Shown piece by piece: positions 230,871 to 244,751 of a stretch of DNA of 248,000 bases (positions are counted from its first letter, which is position 1; each line of letters starts with the position of its first letter). The notes below the pieces were generated by a model. It saw only the letters and a list, made by a program, of their open reading frames with translations. It was not told where the DNA came from and searched no databases. The position numbers were made by a program, and so were the translations under genes. Source of the DNA: Octopus vulgaris (lineage: Eukaryota); assembly GCA_951406725.2 (NCBI GenBank), contig OX597823.1, forward strand, positions 26,060,001 to 26,308,000, given 5' to 3'.

Positions 230871-233800
230871 TGTGTCTGGGTGTGGGTATGTGTAAGTATA
230901 CAGGCATTTACTTTTACTAGTCTATCAACAGTGTGTATACATTAAGTATGATACATAGGTGGTAGTTTTAATTAAATACTGCCTTAATTGCATATACCAG
231001 AATTATATTTTCAGCATCAGTGTATATATTATTCATTTTTTTCCTATATCAGAGACAAGGAATTCTCATCCAAACAAGAGGCTGGCTGTAAGTGTGCATC
231101 ATTGATAAAGCCCAAAGAAGCCAAAATGCATCAGGTGCTCACACAAGCTGCTGCTGAGATGAACTTCTAGATATTTATTGTGTTTTTAACAAAGCAAGTC
231201 CATAAGACATGCTATCTCAAGAACAAACTGCAGTAACTGGTCAGTAGACAGCGTGTACAGGATTAAGTATGGTACATAGACTGCGCTTTTGTATGCGTGC
231301 GTGCATGTGTGTGTGTATATGCATACATAGATTTCCCCTTTTTTGGTGGGGTTCATTGGTACATCATGCTACCTGGTTTAACACCACCACCTGGCCCAGG
231401 GGTGCTTAAATTTGCTTCAAACTGCCAATCCTGTTCCTTTCATTGCTCTGAAATATTACAACTCAGAGCTTGCCCCTATACTTACCAAAATCTTCAAGCC
231501 CTCCTGTTTTTTACAGAATCTATACTGATCTTTGAAAACACACTTCACTGTTTCCCTTTTCCGATCCTACCAGCTATCCATTCTATTACTCTCACCTCCA
231601 ACATCTCCAAGGTAATAGGGACAGCCACTAACAATAATGTTTGTCAACACCTTGAACCTTTCTTTCCCCATTACTGTCACTAGTATGGCTTCAGTAGAGC
231701 TACATCCTCTGGAGTGACCTCATACTCTTATATCACCTACCAGCGGGCTCCCACTGATGAAAAATTCAGTGCCAGCAAAGCTCTTGACTGTATCTACTAT
231801 GGGAATTTCCTATTGAAATTTTCTTCCAAACAAGCTGTATCTGCCTCTTTTCTCTTGGATTGGTACCTTTTTGTCTAATCACACCATCATAATATGTGTT
231901 GACAGTATTTTCTATCTCATGTTCAATCAACTCTGGTGTGTCCCAGCTTTCAGTGTTGTCCTCCACTCCCTTCCTTCAATATATACTGATCTTCTTACCA
232001 TCACATCTAATAGCATCCACTCTTATATAGATGATGCAATCCTTCATTCCTTTCTAATCTTCTCCAACCACACATCATCCAAGCATAATCTAAACACTAT
232101 ATGTTAAACCTTTACTGATTCAATGAAGCGAGACCTAAAGAACATCTTCTGGCCAGGCCATACAAACCTTGTTTTTTTTCAACAGCACAAAAAAAAAAAA
232201 AATTACCCCAAAACACAAGCACTACTTGTATCAAGGAAACATTGTCATACCACACTCCTCTTCAATGTAAGTAGCACTCAACTATTTATATATCCATATT
232301 GTCAGCTATTTGTTTTGAAAATTTTGTTTCAGACTGCAACGTTGGTGATTCCCAAAGTCTACCGTTTAAAACAGAAATCCAAAGAAAGGTTTGGATAAAA
232401 GGAATAATAATAAATGAGTTACAGGATGATGATGCTTATTTTAAAATTCTGTTGTTCAATAATTTTGTGCTCATAGACTTGCACTTCCCTAATACAAAAT
232501 TACTTAAATTTGCTGTAAATAATGATGGTGGAGCACCACTTGAAAATGTCTTCATTTTTGTGTTGATGTCACGTTAAAAGCACTGGTGCTAATGCCACAT
232601 TAAAAGCACTGGTGCAGGTGCTACATTAAAAGCATTCATACCAGTGCCATGTTAAAAGCACTGGGGCTGGTGCCACATAAAAAGTGCCCAGTACACTCTG
232701 TGGAATGCTTGACATTTGGAAGGACATCCAAATGTAGAAACCAAGCTAGAACAGACAATGGAGCCTGGTGTGACTCCCGGCCTTACCAGCTCCAGTCAAA
232801 CCGTCCAACCCATGCAAGAATGGACAATGGATGTTAGATGGTAATGATGATGATGATATTATTGCTAAAGTGTTATCATAATTGAATTATTTAAAGTTAT
232901 TTTACCTGATATCTATGCATTTGATGTAGAGCTTGATCTGTTAGATATTGCAGCAGAATCTCCCTTTGACCACGCCCGCCTTACTTAAACAACAACACAA
233001 CCATGGACAACAACAACAAAAAATCTTAAACAATCTGAATCAATCAAATCCTCCCACATTAAATAACAATTGCACAATAATAATTTAACAACAAAAACAC
233101 AAGCATGAACAACAATAACAGAATAAAAAAAAATTGTAATTAAAAAATAAGACGTATGACAAACAAACAATGACATGAACAACAATGCAAAACAAATTAG
233201 CAATAACACAAATAGAAGTAAACAAAGAACGAATAGATACAAAGAAGGAGACAGGAAGTATACAAGACTGGTGGTTAGTAGTCTGATTTGATTGAGAAGG
233301 GATCACAGACGACATGATGAAGTATTAAAAATTGACCTTAAAAGTCAAATTTTTATGAAACTATAATAAAACTAGATTTTACTATTCATTTTAGACTGGA
233401 CAGAAAGGTTGATGGAGTAAAATTTACATAGTGTTATACTAATATTTAATTGTCTCTTTCTCCATTATTTATTTGCCTGTATCAATGTTGAAAAGAAAAA
233501 AATAATGAAAACAGCTGCCCTGAAGAAGATGAATGAATAAACTCTGTTTTGAGAATATCATAATCATCGTTGACAGCATCAGCAGCGTTGGCATCAGTGT
233601 CATTGGTTAATGTCAATGATTCATGCTTGTGTGGGTTGGATAGTGTGACAGGATCTGATAAGTCCAAGGACTGTATCATGTGTCTGCTTTGATATGGTTT
233701 CTTTGACTGGATGCCCCTTCTAAAACCAACGACTTTACAATATACACTGGGTACTTTTTTCCATTCCACTGGTACTACTGAAGTGACCAGGCAGCTTGCA

Positions 233801-236613
233801 AGACTATGACACCTGAGGTGATGGATAGGGATAGCATTAGGTGAGGAGATGAGAGATTAAAGTATGAGAGAAGGCAGATGGCAAGCAAGTTCTTTACAGG
233901 AGCTACATGGCTACTCCCATTTCAAAAGGAAGGTGAAAATGCTCAATAGGGAGCTGCAAAATGATAAATATAAATAATGATGATGAGGTACTGAGGTGGT
234001 TTCTCAAGGTTCGTAGAGAGTAGAAGTGAGTGGGAACAAAGGAGCTAGGAATGTGTTTTATATGCATGGTGTTAGGAAGGGCATCCAGCCATAGAAACCA
234101 TACCAAATCAGACTGGAGTCTAGTGAAGTCCCTCGAGTTGCCACCCCTGGTCAAACCGTCCAACCCATGGATGTTAACTGATGATGATGATGATGTATAT
234201 AGTATATATCATCAGTTTGCATCCACTTTCCATGCTGGCACGGCTTGGATGAGTTTTTATGTCCTGAGTCTATTATATTTAAAGTTATTTCTTTCCTAGA
234301 AACATTGGAGGATCATGTCTTGCTCATACAGTTCATTTTTGGTTTGTACCAGGTACATTTTTTATTATGATTTTGACATTAGTGGGAATGCCTTGCATCA
234401 TATAAAGCTTGAGTGTTCTCACTGCTCTATGATGTCATCATACACTCATAGTGATGTATCCAAGAATGTGAATAGAAGAGAGGGTGACTGAAGGTGGTTG
234501 GTGGTGGTTCAGGGTAAGAGTGAGTGATGGATCTCAGAAGCAAGTGGTTCAGGAGAGATGAAGTGATGACTGACAATACTGAAAGAGTAAAGGGAGGTAA
234601 TATTGGGTCCTGCCTTCATGAATTGCACCAACAGAATAATAGTACAGCAACTAGAAAGAGAGAATTGATGGAGGGAAGATGAATGAAGGACAGAAGAATG
234701 AATCAGTGACATGAGTAATTGGGAGATGAGTGATATAAAGACAAAAGTGTATGAAAGAGTGGAGAGTTGGTGGGTGTTGGCTTGACAAGTATATATCAGG
234801 TGAGAGACCCAAATATGTGCACAGACATATATATGTACACATATTATGCCATTCTATCTCCATCACTACCATAATTTTCAACATTGGTTTCTCCATGCTT
234901 GCATAGATGGTTGGGTCTTCTGCAACGCTTCACATCTCCAACTAATATGGTTCTTTGTTATTTCTTCAATGAGGTTCAGCATCATGAAATCTACCTCAAT
235001 TCATTGCATATGTCCCTGAGTCTTCCTCTTCCTTAGGTTCTACCTAATTTCAACACCCTGCAGCTGTTAACTTCCATATGCATCACATCTTTATACTAAA
235101 TCCTAGGGCAGTCTTCTTTTTCATATGCTACATTAGATTCCTTGTATATGCAATTTTTCTAATTTCATTTGAATTAGATTGTTCTTACACACTAAAATTA
235201 TACATTCAGCCAGGCATGCTGGCTTCGTTTCTTTGTAGTCATTGTAGGCCCCTTGCATACAGAGTTTATTTCTTACTCCCTTGCAGTTCATACACAAATT
235301 TCATACAATCTGCCTTTTACACTGAGAGAAACAATGTTACCAACAGCAAAAGCAATAGCTTCCTGATCTCTCCAGCTTGTTCTTACTCTGACTACTACAG
235401 TTTGGGAGCAACCACATCTACTGATAATTATGTTACTTATATATCAGTAGTTATCAGCTATTTTTAAATCGTAGGGAACCTTCTGGGCATTTGAGAGAAT
235501 GTATTTCCTGTGTACTCTTAGTGTCTGTTGCCTCTGTACATTTGTCACATGAAAAGATTGCTTTCTCCATTAATCTGCCTGTGATTCCACAGCACCTCAT
235601 AGTTATAGAAACAGCGATTAGGAAGAGAATTAGCCTAGATTAGATGCAATTTGGCTTTGTGCCAGGAAGAAGTACTACCAAAGCCAGCTTCCTAGTGAGA
235701 AAACTGCAAGAGAAGTACTTAGCTAATGTGTGTGCATGTGTGTGTGTGAATAGTAGCCAAATTTCCCTCAAATCACACTCACCTATCTTACAAAAGGAGA
235801 GAACACATTGGACAATGCAGTTCTAAATATACAAAAAGATGAGATTACATACATATGATATGCAACAAAAGAATACAACAATGTTGTGCATAACAGTCTT
235901 CCTTTATTAAAAAAATAGGATTGACTCATTCATTTTGCTCAAGGGAACTATTTTCTGTTGTTTTTTTATTTTTGTTCTTTTTATTTTTGGTTTCGAATTG
236001 TTACAGACAAGTAAATAATAATAATAAAGCAAATAGAACGTTCACTCCCAAATATTGTTATTATCAATAAAGAGGCAAAAGTGTGTTGCTTCATCAATGG
236101 TGCTTGTCCTTTTGATGCAAGGCTGTTAGAAAAAGAATGTGAGAACATAGAAAATACCAATATCTAAACACACTGCAAATAATTTAGAATTGCCTTAAAG
236201 TTATTGATATCCAAATTGTAATAGGAACTGTTGCTGAAAGTTTGAATGGTCAGATGAGGTTGTTGGATATCAAGATGAATTTCCTGACTCTACAGTAATC
236301 ATGTTTGTTTGGTACAGTGAGGACTGTCATAAAGGTGCTAGTTTTCTAATTTTCTAATGTTGTGGGATACAATTTGATACCTGATGATCCAAAACCAGCA
236401 GGAGAACAATGAAATAATGAGGGGATGAAATGATAATAATCATAAAAGTAATAGAACTGTTACAAAAGGTTTGTCTCCTTGGCATGACCAGAATAATCAG
236501 CAAAGTATTAGATAGCTGAAAAGAATGGATAATATGGTACCGTAGGCTGTAGGTAGCAAGCCCACTGCACATGCAAGACTCCGGGAGCTCCAACAAAACT
236601 TGTGATAAAAAGA

Positions 236614-236674
<61 letters not shown>

Positions 236675-236680
<6 letters not shown>

Positions 236681-237570
236681 GAGCTGGACAATATCTTGCA
236701 CAAAGAAATGAAAGACATCACTGCATATTTCAAGTGCCTCAAACTATTCTTGAAATCAAAACTCAACTCAAGGAACCTTGTGACTGCCATCAACATATGG
236801 GCTGTTGCTGTAGTCTACTATAGTGCACCCGTCCTGAGATGGACACAAATGGAGATTGACCAACTCGATCACATTACACGAAAGACAATGACAATGCATG
236901 GTGCCCTCCACCCTAAGGCAAATGTACACAGGCTCTGTATGAAGAGAGGTAAAGGTGGATGTGGGCTGAATAGCATACAGGAGTGAATCAACAGTGAAAG
237001 ACAAAACATGCCAAAATATTTGGTAAACAGCAAACAAGACCTGTTACAGTATGCTGCTGGTGCAGAAGGAATTAGCAAAAATGAACTTGAGAGTGCTCCT
237101 GAATTCCAATGAAGAACAGCCAATGAGAGAGAAGGAACTCTACTCCTATGGAATTACATGGTCAGTTCCACTGTGAAACCAACAAATTAAAAGACCAGGA
237201 AGCATGGAGGTAGCTCAACAAGGGTGACCTAAAAAAGAAGACTAAAAGCCTAATCATCACTGCCCAGGACCAGGCATTGAATACCAACACAGTGAAAAAG
237301 AATATACACCACACAAGTGCATCGGACCTCTGCAGAATGTGTGGGAAGAGGGTCGAAAGCCTGACTTACATTGTTAGTGCTTGTGAAAGTCTTGTGCAGA
237401 AAGAGTACAAGCTTAGACATGACAAGGTACCCCAAAACCTCCACTGGCTACTATGCCGTAAGTATGGATATGAGGTTACAGGTGCTTGGTACCAACATAC
237501 ACCAGAAAAGGTAATGGACGAAAAGAGGAAGGCAAAATTCCTCTGGGACTACCCACATAAATTCAATCAA
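236675..237570 (+). mobile_element. 5'-truncated, decayed R4/Dong-like LINE in (AAT)n
   Basis: RNLVTAINIWAVAV, HPKANVHRL, IITAQDQALNTN and CRMCGKRVESL..IVSAC. Confidence 0.85.
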
Positions 237571-237669
237571 GAATAAGAACGAACCCGAGTCAAATCACAA
237601 ATAATAATAATAACAACAACAACAACATCAATAATAATAATAATCGTAATAATAATGATAATAATAATA

Positions 237670-238970
237670 GCTGCTGAGTTGTAATAGGATGCACCACCCA
237701 AAGGCAGACGTAGATCGCCTTTACCTTCCCAGAGCCCAAGGAGGTCAAGGCCTGATCCAATTTGAACTAGCTTACAAAACAACCACAATTGGACTGGCCA
237801 AATATCTCGAAATATATTGAATGACTGGATGCTAAAGCTCGTGGAAAATCACGAGAGACGAAAGAAGCTTCATTCTATTATAAAGGAAAGCAAAAAATTT
237901 GCTATTGATCTCGTGCAGGATACCCAAACAGAACAACCCGAGGGAAGTACGGCAATTATTGTTGCAAAGAAGGTGAAAATAATGGCAACGAAAAAAGCGC
238001 ACGAGCAATTGGCTGATAGGTGGGAGGAGAAACCTCTGCACGGCAAATATGTGACCCGCAGCAAACAAGCTGATGTTGACCAGAAGCAAACCCATCAGTG
238101 GCTACGGAGCTCAGGGCTAAAAGCAGAGAGTGAAGGTTTCATCCTGGCTGCTCAAGATCAAAGCCTATTAACCCGGAACTACCAGGCCAATGTGATGAAA
238201 AATGGAGCAGACCCAAAATGCCGATTCTGCAACGACATGATTGAAACAGTGGACCACCTAATCTCTGGATGTAAAGTCTTAGCTCCAGTGGAGTATAAAT
238301 TAAGACATGACAGAGTTGGCCAATATCTACACTGGCTAATAAGTCGGCATTACAATATCAAAACTGCTGACAAGTGGTATAATCACCACCCTGAGGCTGT
238401 AACTGAAGGAGAAAATGTAACCATTCTGTGGGACTTTCCAGTACATACAGACCGAACCATCAAGGCCAATAAACCAGATATTGTTGTGAAAGACCAAAAC
238501 AATAAAGTTTGCTTATTGATCGACATGAGCATCCCCTGTGATCATAATATCTCAGCGAAAGAGTTTGACAAGCTCAGAAAATATAAAGACCTACTCATTG
238601 AAATTGAGAAAATGTGGCATCTCAAGGCGGTTACAATACCAGTGATCGTAGGAGCACTAGGAATGATCAAGAAGGGAACCGAAAATTATATGAGAATGAT
238701 CCCTGGCTTACCATCCCTGCAAGAAGTGCAAAAGATTGTCTTAACTGGTACATCACACGTATTGAGAAGAGCATTGTCGATGTGAGAACTGTTGCTGCTC
238801 ATGTATTTTAATTTAACTTAAAAAAAAAAATAAATAAAAAATAAAAAAAATGAACAAACTATTGAGTTTGGTTTAATGGCCTACCAATGTATACTATGAG
238901 TTTCTTTGCCCTAGGAGTCGGGAAGACACTCGGCAAGAAATGGAAGCAAATTTGAAAGAAGAAAAAAAAA
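237670..238970 (+). mobile_element. Young 5'-truncated R4/Dong-like LINE (intact CCHC plus RLE frame) in (AAT)n
   Basis: Uninterrupted frame from about 237670 to 238785 (CRFC..ETVDHLISGC, KPDIVV..IDMSIP..K..KY); (AAT)n on both sides. Confidence 0.92.
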
Positions 238971-238974
238971 AGTA

Positions 238975-239009
<35 letters not shown>

Positions 239010-239290
239010 AGCTCAGATATCAGGAAACCCCAAAATGGCAAAAATTCAAAAGATAGTGCTCATGGGAACTGCCCATATCCTACGTAAAATACTGTCTATG
239101 TAATTTCAGATTTCAAAACAAACATAATTTTCTTATGGATTCTTGGACATTCTCTAGAACAACACTATGTACAAAACCAAATATATGACACCCTAGGCAT
239201 AACACTAACATGAACTTCTAACTTGTCTCTTGAGGTCTCTGGGTGAGACTTAGAGCCAACTTGTACAAATACAAAGCAAAAGTCAAACAT
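239010..239290 (+). mobile_element. Short 3' end of the same subfamily as 83020-86620
   Basis: ccaggaaaccccaaaatggc...gcaaaagtcaaacat then (AAT)n, matching 86350-86620. Confidence 0.88.
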
Positions 239291-239308
239291 AAAATAATAA
239301 TAATGATA

Positions 239309-239387
<79 letters not shown>

Positions 239388-239959
239388 TAATAATAATAAT
239401 AATGGTTTCAAATTTTGGCTCAAGGCCAGTGGTTTTGAGCAAGAAGAATAGTAAAATACATCAACCCAGTTATCAATTGGTATTTATTTTATCAACCCCA
239501 GGAGGATGAAAAACAAGGTCAACCTTGGCAGAATTTGAACTCAGAATGTTAAGTCAGAAGAAATACTGTTAAACATTTTGTTTAGCATGCTAATGATTCA
239601 TATTTCTTTATCGGCCACAAGGGGCTAAACATAGAGGGGACAAAGACAGACAAAGGGATGAAGTCAATTACATTGACCCTAGTGCAGAACTGGTACTTAA
239701 TTTATCGAACACCAAAAGGATGAAAGGCAAAGTTGACCTCGGCAGAACTTAAACTCAGAACATAAAGACAGACGAAATACTGCTAAGTATTTTGCTCAGC
239801 GTGCTAATGATTCTGCCATCTCACCGCCTTTTCCAGCTCACCGCCTGGATTCTGCTAGTGATCTAAGTGCAGACATGACTGTGTAGGCAAACAATTGCAT
239901 TAGGATGTTAGATGAGTGTGTGACTTCAAAACAATAGAAAAGTGGTGTGAACATGAAAC

Positions 239960-240396
239960 AAAAGCTATGATAGAAAATGAGAATTACATAATCTTGTGGG
240001 ACTTCACCATACGTTTGAGGCAAGAAGACCAAACATGATTATAGAGGACAAAATAAACAGTGTAAGATCATAGTGTAATTTCCTATGATAGCAGGGTCAA
240101 TACCAAAGAAAATAAAGAAATTGAGAAATATCGGGATTTTGTCAGAGAGCTTGAGGAGACTATGGAAGACCAAGACAACAATTATTTCTGTAGTAATCAG
240201 TGCACTTGGCACAACACCCAAAATGTTGCCTAAAAAAACTGAAGAAAATTGGAATTGAAACTTGTATTGTTGGCCTGCAGAGAACTACTGTCCTATATTC
240301 TGCAAGAATCCTAAGAAATATTCCTGAGATTTGAGGAGACTTGTCACCAAACCTCAAGATAAAATAACTGCTAACTAAATTAGCATATCCTAGCGA

Positions 240397-240462
<66 letters not shown>

Positions 240463-242520
240463 CCTTTCTACTATAAGCACAAAGGCAGCAATTTTGGGGA
240501 AGGGGGTTAAGTCAATTATATCAACCCCAGTATGCAACTGGTACTTAATTTATCGACCCTGAAAGGATGAAAGGCAAAGTCAATCTCGGTTGAATTTGAG
240601 CTCAGAACGTAGCAGCAGATGAAATACAGCTAAGCATTTCACCCAACGTGCTAATGATACTGCCAGCTTACTGCCTAATTATGGAGAGTTAAAGAGAAAA
240701 GAGAGTTGAAGAGAAAAGAAAGTCTACTGGAAAGGAGAAACCATGGTCAATTTGAAAGAAATTCATAGGATATCAAGGATAAAACAGCACCATGGATTTA
240801 GCAAGGTGGTTTGAAGTGTACCCCTGAAAGCTTGAAAATTGTAGCTCAAGACCAAACTTTTGCTACCAATTAGGTGAAGTGAAGCATCTACAAAACCTCT
240901 GACACCCAGAAATGCAGACTCTATGTAAAGAATGTGGAAAATGTAAGCCACTTGATAAGTGGATATGAGAGCTGTGGTGTATGCGAGAGATTAGAAATAA
241001 AGGCACCTACCTTCTCTTCACTCAGATGGAGACCCTTCAGCGGTAACGGATCCTTCAACACAGCCCGACCCGAACGCTAGAAATAGCAGCTGCTTCTCCC
241101 AACATTAACAACTGGGTGACCGGCCTCGAAAAAGGCAGAATCCTGCCCTCACTGCGCGCATGTCACTGCTGCCCCTTCCGGTCAGCCCCAAGTTCCAATC
241201 AGCTCCCCAGCTGCTGACGACATCCCACAAGAGCCTTGCAAAAAAGGAATGCAAATACTGCCATGAAAAAGTCTGTTTGTATCTTCTTTGGCTTTTATAT
241301 CAAAAACACCAATATAAAGTAATAGAGAATTGGTATCAGTATGTGCCTTGTAAAGTAAGGCAGGAGGATGAGAAAGCAACGATATTCTGGGATTATGATT
241401 TTCTGACTGAGAGAGTAATGGAGCATTGCTGACCGGGCATTATCATATTGGACAAGAAAGACAAATACTGTCAAATCATTGATGTAGCCATATGAAATGA
241501 CAAGAATATTGCAAGTAAAGAGGTTGAATTGGAAGTGGAGATGGCAAGACTGTTTGAAACGTGAGGGGATAATGTAAATGTGATACCAGTTGTGATCAGG
241601 GCATTAGGGTCAATCCCATTGAAACTTCAGAATATCTTTAAAGTGGTTTGGAATACATTGCAACAATGGTGTCATACAACAGTCAGCCTTGTTAGGGTAC
241701 TGCACACATTTTAAGGGAAGTATTATCTGTCTAAGGTCCGTGCTTCATTGCATGAAAAAATGGTGGTGGTGGTGGTGGTGGTGGTGAGGTGGCAAAGAAG
241801 AAGAAGAAGAAGAAGAAATGGAGAGAAAAACCATGGTCAATACTTGAGAAGGCTTGACAGGGGAGTAAGCCCAAAGTGAAAGTCAACAATGGCACAAAAG
241901 CTTCAGACTAAAAGTGGAAGCAGAACTGCTGATTCTCACTGCAAAAGACCAATGCCAGACCACAAACAGTTATAAAAACAAAATAATCGTAAAAGGAACC
242001 TAACAGCAAATGCAGAATGTTCAACCATCACAATGGCTGACCATATCAATCTGAGTAAACATATTGACATACAGACACACAGACTGGGCAATTTGTCTTT
242101 ACTTCAATACAGAAACAGACAAGAAGTGGTATAAACATGTAGCAAACATAATGCATGACAAAGAGCTGGTTACAGTCATCTGGGATATACCTGTCCAAAC
242201 TAACAAAGACATCAAGGAAAACTGTTCACACATAATAATGAAGAGGTTGAAAAAAAAAAACTGGTTCACACTGATAGACATTGCAGTCTCTTCAGAGAAA
242301 AATGTTACTTGAAAAGAAATCCAGGAAAACCTGTCAAAATACAAGGATCTTGAAATTAAAATATTCAAGTTGGAGAGACGATGGTGAAAAATAAATGAAG
242401 CATTAAGTATAATAAAAAAAAATATGAACTAATTCATTGAATTCATACCTGAGCTCACAGCTCTACACATTTATCCAAAAAATAACTCTGCTATGAACAG
242501 CTCACATTCTGCACAAAACA
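239960..242520 (+). mobile_element. Further old R4/Dong-like 3' fragments (about 239960-240385, 240760-241740, 241800-242520) interleaved with SINE A
   Basis: RLE motifs ILWDF, RPNMII, IDIAVSSE.N and KYKDLEI in decayed form. Confidence 0.7.
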
Positions 242521-244720
242521 TTATCAATTCAATAACACAGTTCATATAGAACAATCTTCACACACAACATACAATAAACAGCTAATAAAGTAAACCACCT
242601 GATTCACATTACACATGCCACACACAACAGAATAGATATTAATATGACACAAGAAACAACAAATTGAAATCTATAACAAAATAAACTGATGTAGTGCATT
242701 AACAGGAGAAGCAAAAAGCTGTTTGTTGTTTGATAGACAAAAAGATTATTATCTTGTTCTGAAACATGTAAGTGTTGGTGACAGAAAGGGTATCTAGCCA
242801 TTGAAAATCTTCCTCAACGAACTATTCCACCTGACACATGCAAGCATTGAAAAGTGGATGATAATGGCGATGATGATGGTAATGATGTGTGTTTGTGAGC
242901 TGTGTGTAAGCATTTTAACCCTTTCATTACCAACCCGGCTGAAACCGGCTCTGGCTCTGAGTTCAAATGTCTTGTTTTCATAAGCTTTGAATTAAAATCT
243001 TCCACCAAACCTAAGTCAAAATTTATGTTCCTAACACTAGATTAATGATAACTAAGTTATCTTACTAAATTCTTTGTTAATTTAAAGTAATTGAAAGAAA
243101 CACTGAACATCTCAAAATAAATACAGTAATGAAAGGGTTAAGAGTGAAACTGGCAGATAAGGAGGCGAAACTGGTAGATGACGAAAAGGCAGCTAGACTG
243201 AAGGAGATATTTGGAAGTAGAATGGAAAATACACAATTATGGTTCAAATACGACGAATTAACACCTGTGGTAAGTTTTGAAGATCTTATAGGTTTTTTGA
243301 TATAAAAAAGAAAAGATACTAACTGAATTGTAAAAACAGTAAAATGGAAGTTTCTACTTTGTTGGGTAGAAAGCCATTTCATTGTCATAATTCTTCATAC
243401 CTCATAACTCATTTGTTAATTATTATATGTACCCCACGTTTGTGTTGTCTGTCCATGTAGTGTCCCTTCTATATATAAGGCTTCATGCCTTTAATAAAGA
243501 AATATGTGTATAAGCACTTGTGTGTATGTGTGTGTGCGTGTGCATGTGTGTGGAAGTGCGTGCATGCACACGCACGTGCTTGTGTGTGTGTAGGTGAAAA
243601 GTTGTTGACTTAAGTGTTCATTATTTGTAGTTTCATAGGTATGTGAAATACATGTTCAATCATCTAATCATTCAGATGTCCATCATAAAACTTAGGGCAG
243701 ACATTTAACAATTAAACATATATGAACTTCCAAGTACTGAACACTTTATTTGAAAACTATTCTTCTATGAATATAAAATTCCACTTCATGCACTGCATTC
243801 TCATTTCTGTTGTCTGGACATTTAAATGTATAAAATGTAAGTGTTGTAAGGACATGAGTAGCAGAGTAGGTCATGTATTAGACAATCTAGTAAGAGGTGC
243901 GTGGTATCCTGTCACATATACAGCATTATAAAGTCAATGACCAAGATGCTTAACTCTGAATAGGATCAGTCCATGTAGCTGAAATTAGGAGGCTTGTAGC
244001 AACTTGTTATTCATATAAAAAGCACAAGTCATCACATGTGAGTGAGTGTGGTGTGGTAACACCTATCATGCTGTCATTGATTGTTTCAGATGTCTGTAAA
244101 AATCATAGGGACCCCTTACTTTTGATCCTACAGAACATCTAAGATGTGACAAGTGGAAAGACATGGGGCTGCACCAACCCCTGGCTGGTATTCTTTATAG
244201 TTGAATGAATTGGAGCATTATGAAATGAAAGGTTTTGCTTAAGAACACAATGCAGTGCTTATTCCAGGAATTGAAATCATGACTTTATGGACATGAGCTG
244301 AATACTGAAACCACTGAAAGGCATTCTAGCCATGACCATACCATTTTTGTTAATGATATTCTGTTATTTTATTATTTTATCCTTTCATTCTTTTAGTCAG
244401 TTAACTGTGGCCATGCTGAAGCACCACCTTGAAGGATGTTAGTCAAACAAATTGAGCCCAGGACTTATTTTTTAAGCCTAGTACTTATTCCATCAGTCTC
244501 TTTTGCCAAACCGCTAATGTACGGAGACCTAAACACACCAGTACCAGTTGTCAAGTGATGATGGGGTGGGGAGGCAAACACAGACACAAAGACACACACA
244601 CACAGCTATGTATGTATGTATGTATGTATGTATGTATGTATGTATGTATGTATGTATGTATATATATATACACACATACATACACACATACATACATACA
244701 TACATACATACATACATACA

Positions 244721-244751
<31 letters not shown>

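Noticed and set aside
225511-230945. Numerous homopolymeric ORFs (poly-P/G/T/E, YI and MYVC repeats) here and throughout the window
   Set aside because: Direct translations of microsatellites.
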